The translations under genes were made by a program, and so were the position numbers. Below, piece by piece: positions 45,194-59,280 of a stretch of DNA of 64,000 nt. Origin of the DNA: the human T2T-CHM13v2.0 reference genome, Homo sapiens; NCBI RefSeq assembly GCF_009914755.1, contig NC_060934.1; one strand, written 5' to 3'. The notes below the pieces were generated by a model. The model saw only the letters and a program-made list of their open reading frames with translations. It made no database searches and was not told where the DNA came from. How positions within the stretch are numbered: position 1 is the first letter of the stretch; each line of letters starts with the position of its first letter.

Positions 45194-46489
45194 ATTCTTG
45201 TTAACTCTATTAGTGCCATGGGCAGCCGCTACTTCACTTGAAAGCTTTGGAGTTTCTATATTCAAATCAAAGTCACCCAGAAGCAAAGATGAAGGGGACA
45301 GTGTGATCTTCAAAGACGAGGGAGTAAAGAAGTAGTGGGGAATATTTTCCTGGGTAATTCTGCACCCCCGCTCCCACCTTTACAGAAACACTAAGAGCCT
45401 TAGCCACTTCCTCTTTCTTGGTGGTTATGTGGGTACTCAGGCTCTGGTCAAGTCATTGGCTGTTTATGGAGCAGGAGACAGATGACTTGGGAAAGCAACA
45501 TGAAAATGTCTTGGGTTGGTTTTGAGCTTGCATGGGGGGAGTGAGTCAGTAGATGTTTCTCGGGTTCTCTCTCTTCCTCTCTTGCCTTTCCTCCTTTCTT
45601 TGAGCTTGTTTCGCTCTGAGAGTACAGGCTTGGCACCCACTTACCCAAGAACTGATTAGTTCCTAAAAGAAGCAGTGAGTTGATTGCTTACAGAGATGAT
45701 GTAAGCTTTGCTCTGGGGTACATCAACTTGGATTTCTCATGCTTTATCTTATAAAGCCTAAATTAACAGCTGGTTTGGTTTGAGTTCTCTGGGATCTGAC
45801 TAAGGGATTAGAGTCCATTCTCAAGTGAGTCAATCTAGTTTAATTTATTTCAGGTCTATCAAAAAAGATCAATCAAAGCTCTTTTGAAAGTAAAGCTATA
45901 ATCGGTCTGCACACTTATAAGTCACTGTTGTTGCACTTGGTGTTTCTCTCTGGTGGAAAAATGCTCAGGCTGTGGTTAAGAGGATGTATTAGAGCATTTT
46001 CTGTGTACCTCCCTTTCTTGCAGCCTCCACACCTCCCTGGGAAGATTTTGAGGAAGTGTCATGTTTGAGAACCCCACTTAAGTGGGAGCTGCACTCACCT
46101 CCGTCTCCTTTTTCTCTGGGCATACTGGATCCCTGTTTTGGAAGTTTCTAGTTCAGTATAATTTTAATACCTGGACCTGAACAAGTCCAGCCTGTTTTAT
46201 GTCACTGTTTTTGCTCCTGGGCTTTTTCTTGCAGATATTGGTGGGTGAAGACATGCATTGAATTCTTTCCAGAATGTCTGCTGTGAAGAATTACTCATGT
46301 CATTTGCAAGGCTTAAGCTGAAGCATTCGCTGCTATGGTCGATCTAGGCTTTTGTGGGCACTGGAAACGACAACCCGAGTTGTTCATTTCTTTTGTTTCT
46401 ATTTTAAAAATACTTACCGAGCATCTTCTGGTAGCTAAGAACTATTCGAGATACACTTGATGTGCCAAGAGAAACATCAAGATAAAGGA

Positions 46490-46662
46490 GGTAGTTAAGA
46501 GCTTGACTGTAGAGTTAGACCTGTCTTTGAATCCTAGCTTTGCTACTTTGTGACTTTATATGACCTGCAGCAAATAAATCTCAGTTTCCTTGTCTGTAAA
46601 ATAGGCATAGTAAAACTGTCTCCCTCCAAGGATTGTTGTGATAATGAAATGAAATGATACTG
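46490..46662 (+). mobile_element. MIR
   Basis: ttgaatcctagctttgctact...tctcagtttccttgtctgtaaaatagg...aggattgttgtga. Confidence 0.72.
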
Positions 46663-46760
46663 TATCTTTTGCTTTTTAAATAAGCCACTTCTGGGGAGCT
46701 TCCAGGAAGCAGAAGTTTTTTTTTTTTTTTTTTCCCCCAAATGCATTCAAAATAAACAAA

Positions 46761-47243
46761 TCTCCTTTTACTACCATAACGGTGTATGTGAATGTCCTGG
46801 CGGATGCTCTCAAGAGCGTCAACAATGTGGGAAAGAGAAGCAAACACCAGGTTCTTCTCAGGTGGAGCTCCAGAGTCGTCCAGTTTCTAAGTGTGATGAT
46901 GAAGCATGGGTGCATTGACGAATTTGAAATTACCGATCATCACGAAGCAGGGAAGATTGTGATGAACCTCACAGGCAGGTTATCAAGTGTGAAGTGGTCA
47001 GCTGGAGATTTGATGTGCAGCTCAAAGATCTAAAAAGATGGCAGAATCATCTGCTCCTGTCCCAGCAGCTGGCCTGCATTGTGCTGACCTCAGCTGGCAT
47101 CATGGACCACAAAGAGATGAGATGAAAACACACAGGAGGAAAAAGCCTGGGATTCTTTTTCTAGGGGTGTAATACACCCATGAAAAAATAAATAAATAAA
47201 TAAATAAAAATAAAATAAAAATGCCTCAATGGGGGAAAAAAAA
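46761..47243 (+). pseudogene. RPS15AP30: Processed pseudogene of ribosomal protein S15a (uS8), probably RPS15AP30
   Basis: Intronless match to RPS15A ([42 protein letters not shown] ... [15 protein letters not shown] ... SAGIMDH...KHTGGK.LGFFF*). Start mutated to ACG (46779), frameshift near 46985, premature TGA at 47123, original TAG at 47162. 3'UTR remnant and short A tail follow. The paralog number is from recall. Confidence 0.93.
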
Positions 47244-47414
47244 CGCACCAGAGACAAATACTTATTTAGGATCTGTAATGTACCCATTGCCATACCTAGG
47301 CATCCTAGATACAGCAACATATCCCTGCCCTTTAGGAATGTACAGTTTACTGGGAAAAAGATAACACTTATCAGAGGAGGGTGTTTGGGACTGTGAATCC
47401 CGTGTGTGTGTGTG

Positions 47415-47777
<363 letters not shown>

Positions 47778-48149
47778 TAAATGAGAATAGTGTGGGTCAC
47801 TCTCTACCTGCCTCCCATCTGTGGTTCCTTTTGGAGATAGGCCGAGTGGGCCACTCACCCTTTAATTTTCTCTTAGTTTCCTTTCTGTACACCAGTTTGA
47901 ACCTTAGTATTATCACTAATGCAAATATGAGCCTAGGCTCAATTTTTCCAGTTATGAAATGGGGCTGGCATTATTCCGTGATGTGCATGTTAAGAGAGGG
48001 GAAAGCTCACATTTTTGAGGTCCTCTTGTGGTTCTATCTTGTGTAGGAACTCACGCTTTGTTTATTCAGCAATCATTCCTCCAGAAATAACCTTAATAGC
48101 AACAAGAAAAAAGAATAGGTGTTTTTTGAGCTCTATCTGCCAGTTTCTC

Positions 48150-48325
48150 TATATATGGACATTATATATTGCAACATAACACTCACAATGCCTTTAAACA
48201 TCATCCCCGTTATACAGATAAGAAAACAGAATTTCAAAGAAGGTAGGGGACTTGCCCAGGGATACATAGCTAGCAAGTGGCAGCGCTGGATTGAGTCTGG
48301 GCCTTGTCTGAGGCTCGGGTCCTGT
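48150..48325 (-). mobile_element. MIR
   Basis: catccccgttatacagataagaaaacaga...gacttgcccagggatacatagctagcaagtggcag. Confidence 0.7.
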
Positions 48326-49725
48326 CATGCTCTGCGGTTGCTATGTTGACATGCAAAGGGAGAGGCAGCTGCTGGGAGTCTAGGTGGGTTTCTCTTTGAG
48401 AATGCTAACGTGAACCCTCAAGGTGAATCAGAATCCTTTTGCAAGTGAATAATCAGATGTAGGTTCCTGTGTCTCCCTGTAAAATGAAAGCCTCTTTTTT
48501 CCAAGGTCCAGTATAGACCTGAAGCTGGGTTACTCTGGAATTTCCCTCTCTGGCTGGAGTGACTGAGGCCTTGCACGTGACATTGGTGAGGACTCGCAGC
48601 CTCAGGTCTGGCTTCCCTTAGCAACCCCCCTTTCCTGTCTCTGCCTCTGGAGTTCACCATTAAAAAAAAAAAAAGAAAAAAAGCCAAAACACTTTATAAA
48701 GTTACATGCTGGGTTTCTTCTATGTCCTAGAAACTGTCTTAATTCATCTTCCCCTTTACTCTTATATGAGCAGGAAGAAAAAAAAATTGCTAGTCAATGC
48801 TAATAATTATGGCATGTAATGTAATTGGAAGTGTTTCACTGACATGCTCATGAGAGTTTGCGGCTTCATCTTCAGGCTGGGATGTAGCACTAGACTTGCC
48901 TTGAGTGTCTGCACAAGCCTTTGATGCAGGTAGACCATATTATAAATAGGCGCGTTGCTATGGTGAGGATGGCAGTCCTTGCTTGCTGTGGGTAACCTTT
49001 TCTACCTTCTCGGACACTGTTTTAAAACACAGCAGCGTGATAGCATTTCATTTAATTTGGACCAAGGTGGGGTAGATGAAATGTTGAGATTTAGATCTAA
49101 AATGTTGTTGTGGTGTTTCAGGGGGTTCTGGCTCACCTAGTACTATGGAAGATTTTGCAGATTGGGCTTCCTCATGATTTATTTAGAAATAGATTTTCTA
49201 ATAGATGGGGTGAGGGGAGGGTGGTGGGCAGAAGGCTGGGCTTTCTTCTCTTCCCCCTCCTCCTTTCATTGAGCGCTTCTGCGAATGTGTTGGCTTTGAT
49301 GCCCCAGGAGCTCATACAGTGAAATGGAAGTTCAGGTTGGCACGTTGCAGAAATGATTATTCCTGGTAGTACGTTTCCCATTACTGTTAATAATATAAAG
49401 ACAATTGCCTGCCTCTCAGGACTCCTGCACGTGGCTACAGTCATTTCTTCATGGAATTAGACACATAGCAGTGGGGACCAGGAGTGTTTTATTAGTGATT
49501 GTCCTCCTGCAAGTTTCCAGGGTATCTCAGCTTAGACACATGAATTATTTTTTCCTGTTGCTTGGAGGGTATACTTTTAATTATATTCATTCAATAACAG
49601 AGCAGTTCAGGTTTGTAAAATATTTTTTCTCCCCCAACCTTTTCCCCAGCATACATCCCCGTCCCGTAAGTTTCTGGGCAGAGACAATCTCAGGAACCTA
49701 AAGGTTGCTAAAAAATTAGCTAGTT

Positions 49726-50036
49726 GGCCAGGCGCATGACTCATGCCAGTAATCCCAGCACTTTGGGAGGCTGAGGTGGGTGGATCGCTTGAGCCCAGAA
49801 ATTCGAGACCAGCCTAGACAACATGGCAAAACCCTGTCTCTACAAACAAAACAAAATCTAGCTGGGCATGGTGGTGCATGCCTGTAGTCCCAGCTACTGG
49901 GGAGGCTGAGGTGGGCGGGCGATTGAGCTCAGGAGGTCCAGGCTGCAGTGAGCCGTGATTGTGCCACTGCACTGCAGCCTGGATGACTGAGTGGGACCCT
50001 GTCTCAATAATAAATAAATAAATAAATAAAAAATAA
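49726..50036 (+). mobile_element. AluJ
   Basis: J-type features (cttgagcccag, ggctgcagtgagccgtgattgtgcc); TSD aaaaaattagctag. Confidence 0.9.
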
Positions 50037-50547
50037 AAAAAATTAGCTAGCCAAGCTGCTTATAGGTCTTTTACATGGCCAAGCCACTTTCTCACCTTTA
50101 AAATGGTAATAACGTTTCCGTACTCATCTCAATGGGTTTTGAGTGCCAAGACAGACCGTTTGATGGAAGCCCTCTGGGGAGAAAAATGCTACCCAAGACA
50201 GGCTTTTCAATTGGAGACTGATCCATTGGTGTTTTGGTCAGTTGGTGTTGAAATCCCTATTTTTCCAGCTCAGGACTGCCTCTCTCCCTGGAACTCTTCC
50301 CGAGGTGAGTTCTGCAGCCTTCCTTGGGAACTCTCAGCCTCTGGATCCCTTCTTGCCAGGTGGAGTGGACATGCCAAAGTTGTGGGCCAGACTCGGACTG
50401 CCTGGCTTGTCTCAGCACCTTTGGGGACCCACTTCCCCTCTCTGGGAACTGGGGAAGCTAACAGAGATCTTGCTAGGGGGGTGGAATCCTGTATCCATGT
50501 GAGGTTGTACCCCCAGGCTCCTGAGTGGTTTGAAAGTGGGGAACCCT

Positions 50548-50939
<392 letters not shown>

Positions 50940-51998
50940 TTAGATGGTCCCCACCATCTAGTCAGGGCTTGTTACATATGGAGCAGAGACAGCGCAGGCT
51001 GCTGCTGTTTTCCTGGAGAAGGCCCCTGTCGGTCTGTTCAGCTGTAGCTGACCTTTCCTCCTTGTGCTTTTTGGGGAGGGAGCCTTGGAAGGAGTAGGGC
51101 ACGTGGGGCACTCTGCTTCCCGGCCCCACACTGGCGAACCTATGGATTCTGCCTCTGATTCCTGAGGAAACATCACTGTGAAGGTGGAATGAGCCACATA
51201 CAGAGGTGGCTGTTGGGGCCGGGGAGGGGTGAAACGCCCCCAGGGTGTACATTGCACCAAAAGCCAGGCTGCATATAGACCTCAGGATGGGCTGGCTTTT
51301 CTATTTATTTAGAAGTATTTCCAGAGGGTAACCTCATTGGCTACAAAGCATGTCTGAACAAGAGCTCCGTTGTTCATTCCCAGCCCTGTTACCCTGGCAG
51401 GATGCAGACTCCAGGCGGCCTGTTGGTCAGGCCTTGGACTCAGAGAGCAGTGAAGCCTGAGGAGGGGTGGGGGGCAGAGGCGTGAGTGGTCTAGGGCCTC
51501 AGTCCCTCCAGGACACCCCTTGCCAAGCGCAGAGAAAGCTCTGCCCATCCGTCCCCTCAGGCAGTGGGATTGGGCAACCTGGGAAGCAGTGAATGTGCGT
51601 CGGTAGCATAGATTCCATTCCGCACGCCACCCTCGCCTCCGCCCCCCAGCCCTGGGAGGGATGCATGCCCTCCGGGAGACACCCAGACCCGACAGAGAGG
51701 CCTTTGTTGGAGCTGGAGGTGAGAATCTGTGGGCGTTGGGATTCCTGGGTTCGAGTTCCAGCTCACTGCCAATTGCCCGAGTGCTGGGCGAACATTTCTG
51801 GAATCAAAAGGAGTGCAGCCTGCCCAGCAGGGCCTACGGGAGCCGGAGGCTGCAGGGTGCTAAGATTGCGTTATCTTTACCAAGTGCCCGGAGCTCCTGG
51901 GAGGGAAGAGAGAGTCCTAGGACTCAGGATAGGAGGTGGTTGGAGTTTCTCGAGGAAGACTCCATGCTTTGGTTCTGGCCCCTGGAAACCCCTCCTGA

Positions 51999-52362
<364 letters not shown>

Positions 52363-52538
52363 ACTGTCTTGTATTTCTAACGTCCCCCTGACTTTTCTGA
52401 TCATGTAATTCTTAACTTTCTCAAAACTGAGATTTGTCACGTGTCCTCTCCCCACTCCATTTTGTGAATCAGAGTCTTCCAGGGGCAGGACCTGGAGAAT
52501 GGGTCTTTATTAACACACATGTGAAAATGCTTTTGCCA

Positions 52539-52823
52539 GCAAGGCGCGGTGGCTCATGCATGTAATCCCGGCACTTTGGGAGGCCGAGGCAGGCGGATCA
52601 CTTGAGGTCAGCCTGGCCAACATGGTAAAACCCTGTCTCTACTAAAAATACAAAAATTAGCTGGGTGTGGTCGTGGGCACCTGTAGTCCCACCTACTCGA
52701 GAGGCTGAGGCATGAGAATCACTGGAACCCAGGAGGTAGAAGTTGCAGTGAGCCGAGATCACACCACTGGACTCCAGCTTGGGTGATAGAGTGAGACTCT
52801 GTCTCAAAAAAAGAAAAAAAAAA
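52539..52823 (+). mobile_element. AluS with a deletion of the B-box segment
   Basis: gaggtca|gcctggcc lacks ggagttcgagacca; TSD gaaaatgcttttgcca. Confidence 0.9.
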
Positions 52824-53074
52824 GAAAATGCTTTTGCCATGGGCTGTCTCCTGCTTCTGCTTTGCATTGGGCCTCTGTACCTAGGTTGCAAGATTCCTCA
52901 GGGTGCACCTGGGCTTATCGTTATCTGTAAGTTATCCCAGCAAGCACTTAAAACACAGTGTTGGACGATGAATCCCCTCTACAAGAGAGGGACAGGGCAA
53001 AAACGACACCTCTTGCCTCGCAAGCTGTCTTGGGCCAAACCTCAGGTCTATTCTTTCTTTTTTTTGAAAGTAGT

Positions 53075-53369
<295 letters not shown>

Positions 53370-53377
53370 GAAAGTAG

Positions 53378-53925
53378 CAGCTCTACTGAGATATTTAGAA
53401 ACCATAAAATCCACCTATTTGAGGTGTACAATTGAGTGATTTTCTGTATAGTCACAGATCTGTGCAGTCATCCACACCCTCTAACTCCAGGACATTTTCC
53501 TCACCCCCGAGGAGAAACCTCCCTTACCCATTAGCAGTCACTCCTCATTTCCTCTCCCCCCAGCCCCTGGCAATCACTGTGGATTTGCCTGTTCTTGACA
53601 TTTCATATAAATGGTATCATAAAATCTATGGGCTTTTGTGTCTGTCTGCTTTCACTTAGCATACGGTTCTCAAGGTTCATCCAGTATTGTAGCATCTATC
53701 AGTATGTCATTCCTTTTTATGGCCAAATAATATTTTATTGTATGGATAGACATTTTGTTTATTCATTTATCTGTTTTTGGTTATTATGAGTAACACTACT
53801 ATGAACATTTTGCACAAATTTTTGTATTGACATGTTTTCATTTCTCCTGGGTATAGTCCTATGAGTGGAATTGCTGGGTCATATAATAAATAACTGTTTA
53901 ACATTTTGGGGAGCTGCCAAACTTT
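53378..53925 (-). mobile_element. L1MB-like 3'-end fragment
   Basis: cagct.tactgagatat...ccataaaatccacc...cccattagcagtcactcc...cagcccctggcaatcact...gacatttcatataaatgg...tttcacttagcat...gagtggaattgctgggtcatat. Confidence 0.85.
53629..53629. other. T2D-associated SNP rs7901695 site (T allele)
   Basis: Recalled flank GGTATCATAAAATCTA[T]GGGCTTTTGTG; 4261 bp upstream of rs7903146, matching the recalled spacing. Confidence 0.82.
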
Positions 53926-54028
53926 TAAAACCTTGGGTTCTGTGATGTACCAGTTGTGTTAGGCAGCACAGCAAAATGTGACTTTTGATTGCCAGAAACA
54001 ATATTTAAAAAGTGGTTATAAAAAGTGG

Positions 54029-54420
<392 letters not shown>

Positions 54421-55319
54421 GGCTGTCATGTTAGATCCACCCTCCTCCTCAGGGGAACCCCTGGGCTGCTCTCTGGGTAGAGATGGGAACCCAGGCCTCG
54501 GGCCAGTGAGTGGAAGGAAACTTTGGGATGATTGACTTGGGACTGGGCTAGAGGTGAAGAATCTCCCAGTAGGCAAAGTTCGGCCTTACGTTTTTTTGTT
54601 TCAAGCAAACCACATCATTACCCACAGAGGCCATTGGTGAGATATTTGTAAGTCTCCTGACAGTGGCTGGAGTTCGTTGCTTGGTTGTTGTTTCTCTGTC
54701 TCAGCCCTGGAGATGGGAGTGACCACCTGCTCTCTCTGGACAGAGGCTGTCCACGTTCATGCAATTCCTTGGACACCGGTGGTGCAGCGGGAGGCGTAAC
54801 TGGGAGTGGGAGACCCTGAACTGTGCCGGTTCTTGCAGAGTATCACTGTGACTTCAGGCGAGTCACCCCACATCAGGCAGCTCAGAACAAGGGATTGATC
54901 TAGAAGGACCTTTCACCTGGGCTATTCTGTGACTCAAATTATCTTCTCCTAAGCCCACTACTGCCTGGTGTGTTGGTTAAATTAGCCTAAAGGTCATTCC
55001 CTCGGAGAGGCCCTCTGGGAAACCTCCCTTTCCTGAGAGTCACTGCTTGCTGGCGCCTGCCCCTGGGGTTCCTTCAGAGTCGTGATCATGCCCTGGCCTC
55101 TTCCTTTATTTGGCAGTCCCTTCCCTTCCCCATCCCTGATGAGGGTAGGGAGCATCTGTCTGCAGCTTCATCTTCATTGTCTAGGGGCTCCAGAAATATC
55201 TGTGAGTAAATAAGTTATTTAATCTTTGCCTCAAATTTCCAGTGACTGTAGGGATATAGCTGTGAGCCTCTAGGAGCTGAGATTTTTTAAATTTCCCACT
55301 TAAACATTTATTTAAAAAT

Positions 55320-55465
55320 TTTGTGCTCAGCATGGACTAAGGACTTTACATTCATTAACTCATTTACAGCTTGATCCTATGCGGTGGGCATTCATTTACA
55401 GAGGATCCCATTTTACAGGTGAGGAAGAGGCCAGCTAGGGGTGCAGCCTAGGTTAGTATTCTAGA
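55320..55465 (-). mobile_element. MIR
   Basis: cattaactcattta...cccattttacaggtgaggaa. Confidence 0.62.
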
Positions 55466-55581
55466 GCTCATCAGGCTGTGTTGTCCCCAGTGAAAGAATA
55501 AGCAAAGAAGTGAATGTTGTGCATTGAGAAAAATGACTCTCGGAGGAGGATGAGCCTCTCGGATATGGCGACCGAAGTGAT

Positions 55582-55582
55582 A
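55582..55582. other. T2D/glucose SNP rs4506565 site (A allele)
   Basis: Recalled flank GGCGACCGAAGTGAT[A]TGGGGCCC; 2308 bp upstream of rs7903146. Confidence 0.75.
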
Positions 55583-57401
55583 TGGGGCCCTTGTCAAGGG
55601 TCTCTATTATGGCATCAAGAAAAGATGCTGCTTTCGGTGATGCCCGAGGAGAGCCTCAATATTTTACATGGGAAACCTAAAAAAGGGGCCATGTTGTGGT
55701 CTCTGCACCTAAGATACTAAAGGAAATATTTTATGGAGAGATGCAACATGTCAGGCCTTGGAGGGAAACCCCAGGATCCAGATGGTTGCACTCTCAAACC
55801 AGGGCCCCCCTCACCTTGGCCTTCAGCATTTAGTGTTGGAACCAATAGCATAAGCTTTGGTCAGGACCTTTGATGGAAGCCACAGTGCTCATTAGTGACC
55901 ACGGTTGACTACCTTCTCTCTCCTAAGCTGACTTCTGGAGGGCACCTGGGATTTCCGGCCAGTGATCAGTGCTGGTGAAGCCTGAAGGCCAATGTGTAGG
56001 TTTAGCTGTTCAGTCAGAACCCAAAAGGGGCCAAAGAGATGGTTTCCTTCAACCTCCACTGAGGGAAGTGAAAGTCATGGTTCGTTAAAAGGCTGAGCTG
56101 GGACCAGAGTCTAGGGTTCTAGAGGTGGGAATTTCTACAGCTTTGGGGGACCTTGCAAGGGCATTTGCTCTTCTGGGACTGCAGGGAGACTGTGCTTCTC
56201 AGAGATGTTAGCATTTGGCTTGGGGAGAGAGAGGAAAGGAGAGGTTCATGCTCCGCCATGATGGTGGAAAGTGATGTTGGTGTGGTGAGGAGCTGAGCTG
56301 AATTCTAAGTGGTTCCAGGGAATTAACAATGTTCCTGCCCAAGTGTCCTGTTCCCCCACAAACTAATGAGGCAGCAGGTGTCTGAAGAGAAACATTGCAG
56401 AATGTCTGCCAGGGGTTTTATGGTTAATTTTCCTCCATTATGAGGGTTGACTCAGCCTTGGGTATTAGATGTCTTTGAGAATCCAGGGTTCAAATACCAC
56501 AGCTGGTAGAATGTTTCTCAACTTGGAGCCAATCTCCATCTACTGAAGGTACGCTGGTTTAGACAGACAACAGGGACATCAGCATTTTAAAAAGCGGTGG
56601 AAAAAGTTTGCTTGTCTTGATTGGAGCCATGACATTTTATTTTGAAATTTCAAATAACATGAAGGGAGGTTTGGAGCGGTTTTTGGTTTATCCAAAGGGC
56701 AGTGGATTGAAGGCTGAGAAACACCAGGCTGAATGGGAGAGGGGTTGGGGTCCCCCTGTGAGATAGTGAAACAATGGTAGTGCCATCCAATGATAGGCAC
56801 TTTTCTGTCATTCAGAAGCAGAAAGGGGGCCAGAGGCCCATTGGCCTTACTGGGCAGTAAGCTGTAGAGCTGCTGCCTTTTCGTGAAAGGGTTGACACCA
56901 ACCTTCTCCCCCAGGAAGAGTGACCAGGGACCTGAGGGGCATGGTCGAGCAGATGACAGCCTTTGTAAAACATCTCCCTGGTCTCATCAGCGATATTCGT
57001 CCTGCCTTCCTTCTGAGTAATTTCCATCTTAGGACTGGAGTCAGGTGGAGCAAGATTCCATGTTGGTTTCTGTTGGGCCTAGAGTGTCACACTGAGACCT
57101 AATTTCATACTTTATGAATTCTAGTACTGCTCTCGAAGGTAAGAGCCGTCCTCTTTGGCTGAAGGTTTTTGCCTGCAACCTTGCATTGTAATCCAGTGAC
57201 ACCTGACGTATCTGTAAATTTCTTCAAATTTCTAAGTGTATTACAACCCCGTGTGCAAAAGATGATTAATTAATTGCCTTGACAGTAAAACAAAAAACAA
57301 AAAAAAGGTGTGGGGGTATATGGTATCCCTGATTTACTATAGAAGATGCAGAGAGTGAAGGGAGATGAGGTGGGGAGGAGGGGCCCAGGTTCTGGTCCTA
57401 C

Positions 57402-57535
57402 TTTTTTTTTTTTTTTTCTAAAGAGATGGAGTCTTACCATGTTGGCCAGTCTAGGCTTGAACTCCTGGCCTCAAGAGGTGCTCTCACCTCAGCCTCCCAA
57501 AGTGCTGGGATTATAGGCGTGAGCCACCGAGTTTA
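57402..57535 (-). mobile_element. Alu left monomer (FLAM-like)
   Basis: Monomer with poly-T; TSD gcccaggttctg. Confidence 0.85.
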
Positions 57536-57639
57536 GCCCAGGTTCTGTTTCTTGCTTAGTCACTTTCTGTTTGAACAAAATTGGAATTTCCTTTTTGGAT
57601 CTGTTTCTTTAATTGTAAATTGAATCGGACTAAAACCTT

Positions 57640-57910
57640 TCCAATTTTTTCACATGTGAAGACATACACAAAAGTTTTATTGGAGGGTTGCACATGTGAA
57701 AGAAAAAGGGAGAAAGCAGGATTGAGCAGGGGGAGCCGTCAGATGGTAATGCAGATGTGATGAGATCTCTGCCGGACCAAAGAGAAGATTCCTTTTTAAA
57801 TGGTGACAAATTCATGGGCTTTCTCTGCCTCAAAACCTAGCACAGCTGTTATTTACTGAACAATTAGAGAGCTAAGCACTTTTTAGATACTATATAATTT
57901 AATTGCCGTA
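57640..57910. promoter_or_regulatory. Intronic islet enhancer containing T2D SNP rs7903146 (position 57890, C = non-risk allele)
   Basis: Flank AGAGCTAAGCACTTTTTAGATA[C]TATATAATTTAATTGCCGTATGAGG is the recalled rs7903146 context. Local cluster of E-box, FOX, NKX and homeodomain motifs. Enhancer boundaries are not defined by sequence alone. Confidence 0.88.
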
Positions 57911-58320
57911 TGAGGCACCCTTAGTTTTCAGACGAGAAACCACAGTTACAGGGAAGGCAAGTAACTTAGTCAATGTCAGATAACTAGGAAAAGGTTAGAG
58001 GGGCCCTGGACACAGGCCTGTGTGACTGAGAAGCTTGGGCACTTCACTGCTACATTTCATCTCTTCGCTATAAACATTTTAGCTTTTTGTGTTTGCTGAC
58101 TGGCAACAATACATAGTGAAAGTTCTAATAATTTGTAATGCTTTTGCATGTCTTTGTATTTTTCTTGGTTATCACATCACATCAAATTAAGATACTGATC
58201 AGCAGTGTGAGAGGTTATTTTTCCATGTCCTCTTCATTAGTGTTAGCTTGTGGATGGATTTGAGGCTCTCTGTGCTTTCCCCCCAGCAAAGTGAATACCA
58301 GACTTTCCTATTAAAAAAAG

Positions 58321-58440
58321 TATTTTATTTTTCAGAGACAGGGTCTCATTCTGTCTCCCAGGCTGGAGTGCAGTGGCACAATCATAGCCCACTGCAGCCT
58401 CCAACTCTTGGGTTCAAATGATCCTCCTGCCTCAGCCTCT
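58321..58440 (-). mobile_element. Truncated AluJ/FRAM
   Basis: gagacagggtctcattctgtctcccaggctggagtgcagtgg...cctcagcctc. Confidence 0.85.
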
Positions 58441-59139
58441 CTTAAGCAGTGCCTTTCCCCATTCTCATGGGACTTTCCAATCCATGAGATACTTTGCTGC
58501 AGGGAAGCCCTGTCTGTCCAGGCCTGTGTAATAGACGACTTCACATGGTCCTGTGTTGTTGTTTGCCTTCTGTGTGGCTAAGTTTCCATGACCTGGTGGC
58601 TTGGAAGCCCCATCCCTGATTTGTGGGAGAGGCAGGGAGGCACCTTGTAGCGCACTAGGCGTTGGGCCTGAACAAGTCTGTGTGCTTCCAATGTCTTTGT
58701 GGGGAGGTTTACGAGTCCTTCTTATTATATAATAGTATCTTGTCTTAGCTTGGTGCCTTTCTTCTCAGAAGCTTGAGGCACTCTGCAGATACCATCTCAA
58801 TTTGCTTTCTGGGAGGAGGAGAGGAAGCTACCCAAAAGATGAAGTTCTCTGTGAGGGGCTTGAACACAGGTTGATAGCGTTGCTGGTTAGTTATTCTCAT
58901 GGTGTGGATGAAAAATGGAATACGCTGAAATTTCAGTTACTCGTCACAAAAATAAGGCGTATGTAGAAAACATCCTGGGCTAAGGGTTTGCATGCTTCTA
59001 GAACTTCCTGTTACTTAATGGCTGTTGAGTATAAACCTCGGGAACAGTGGGGATCCTTGGAGACCCCAAATAACTTGTATTTGTGGTTACTCCTGTCTTG
59101 TCTATCAATACCCCTGTCTATATCGTGTTAGAACTAGGA

Positions 59140-59280
59140 CACACAGACTGGATTCAGAAGCTGGCCTGGGGTTTAGGAGAACATGGGACCTAATCCTGGC
59201 CATCTCGATTTACCTCCTGGATCTTGTTTTCTCATCTGTAAAATGAATTGGGGTGTGGACTGTTTATGGCCTGTAGGATG
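59140..59280 (+). mobile_element. MIR fragment
   Basis: gttttctcatctgtaaaatga. Confidence 0.55.

Noticed and set aside
46782-47033. 83-aa RPS15A-like ORF as a functional retrogene
   Set aside because: Lost ATG, indels and frameshift, premature TGA and many substitutions in a normally near-invariant protein.
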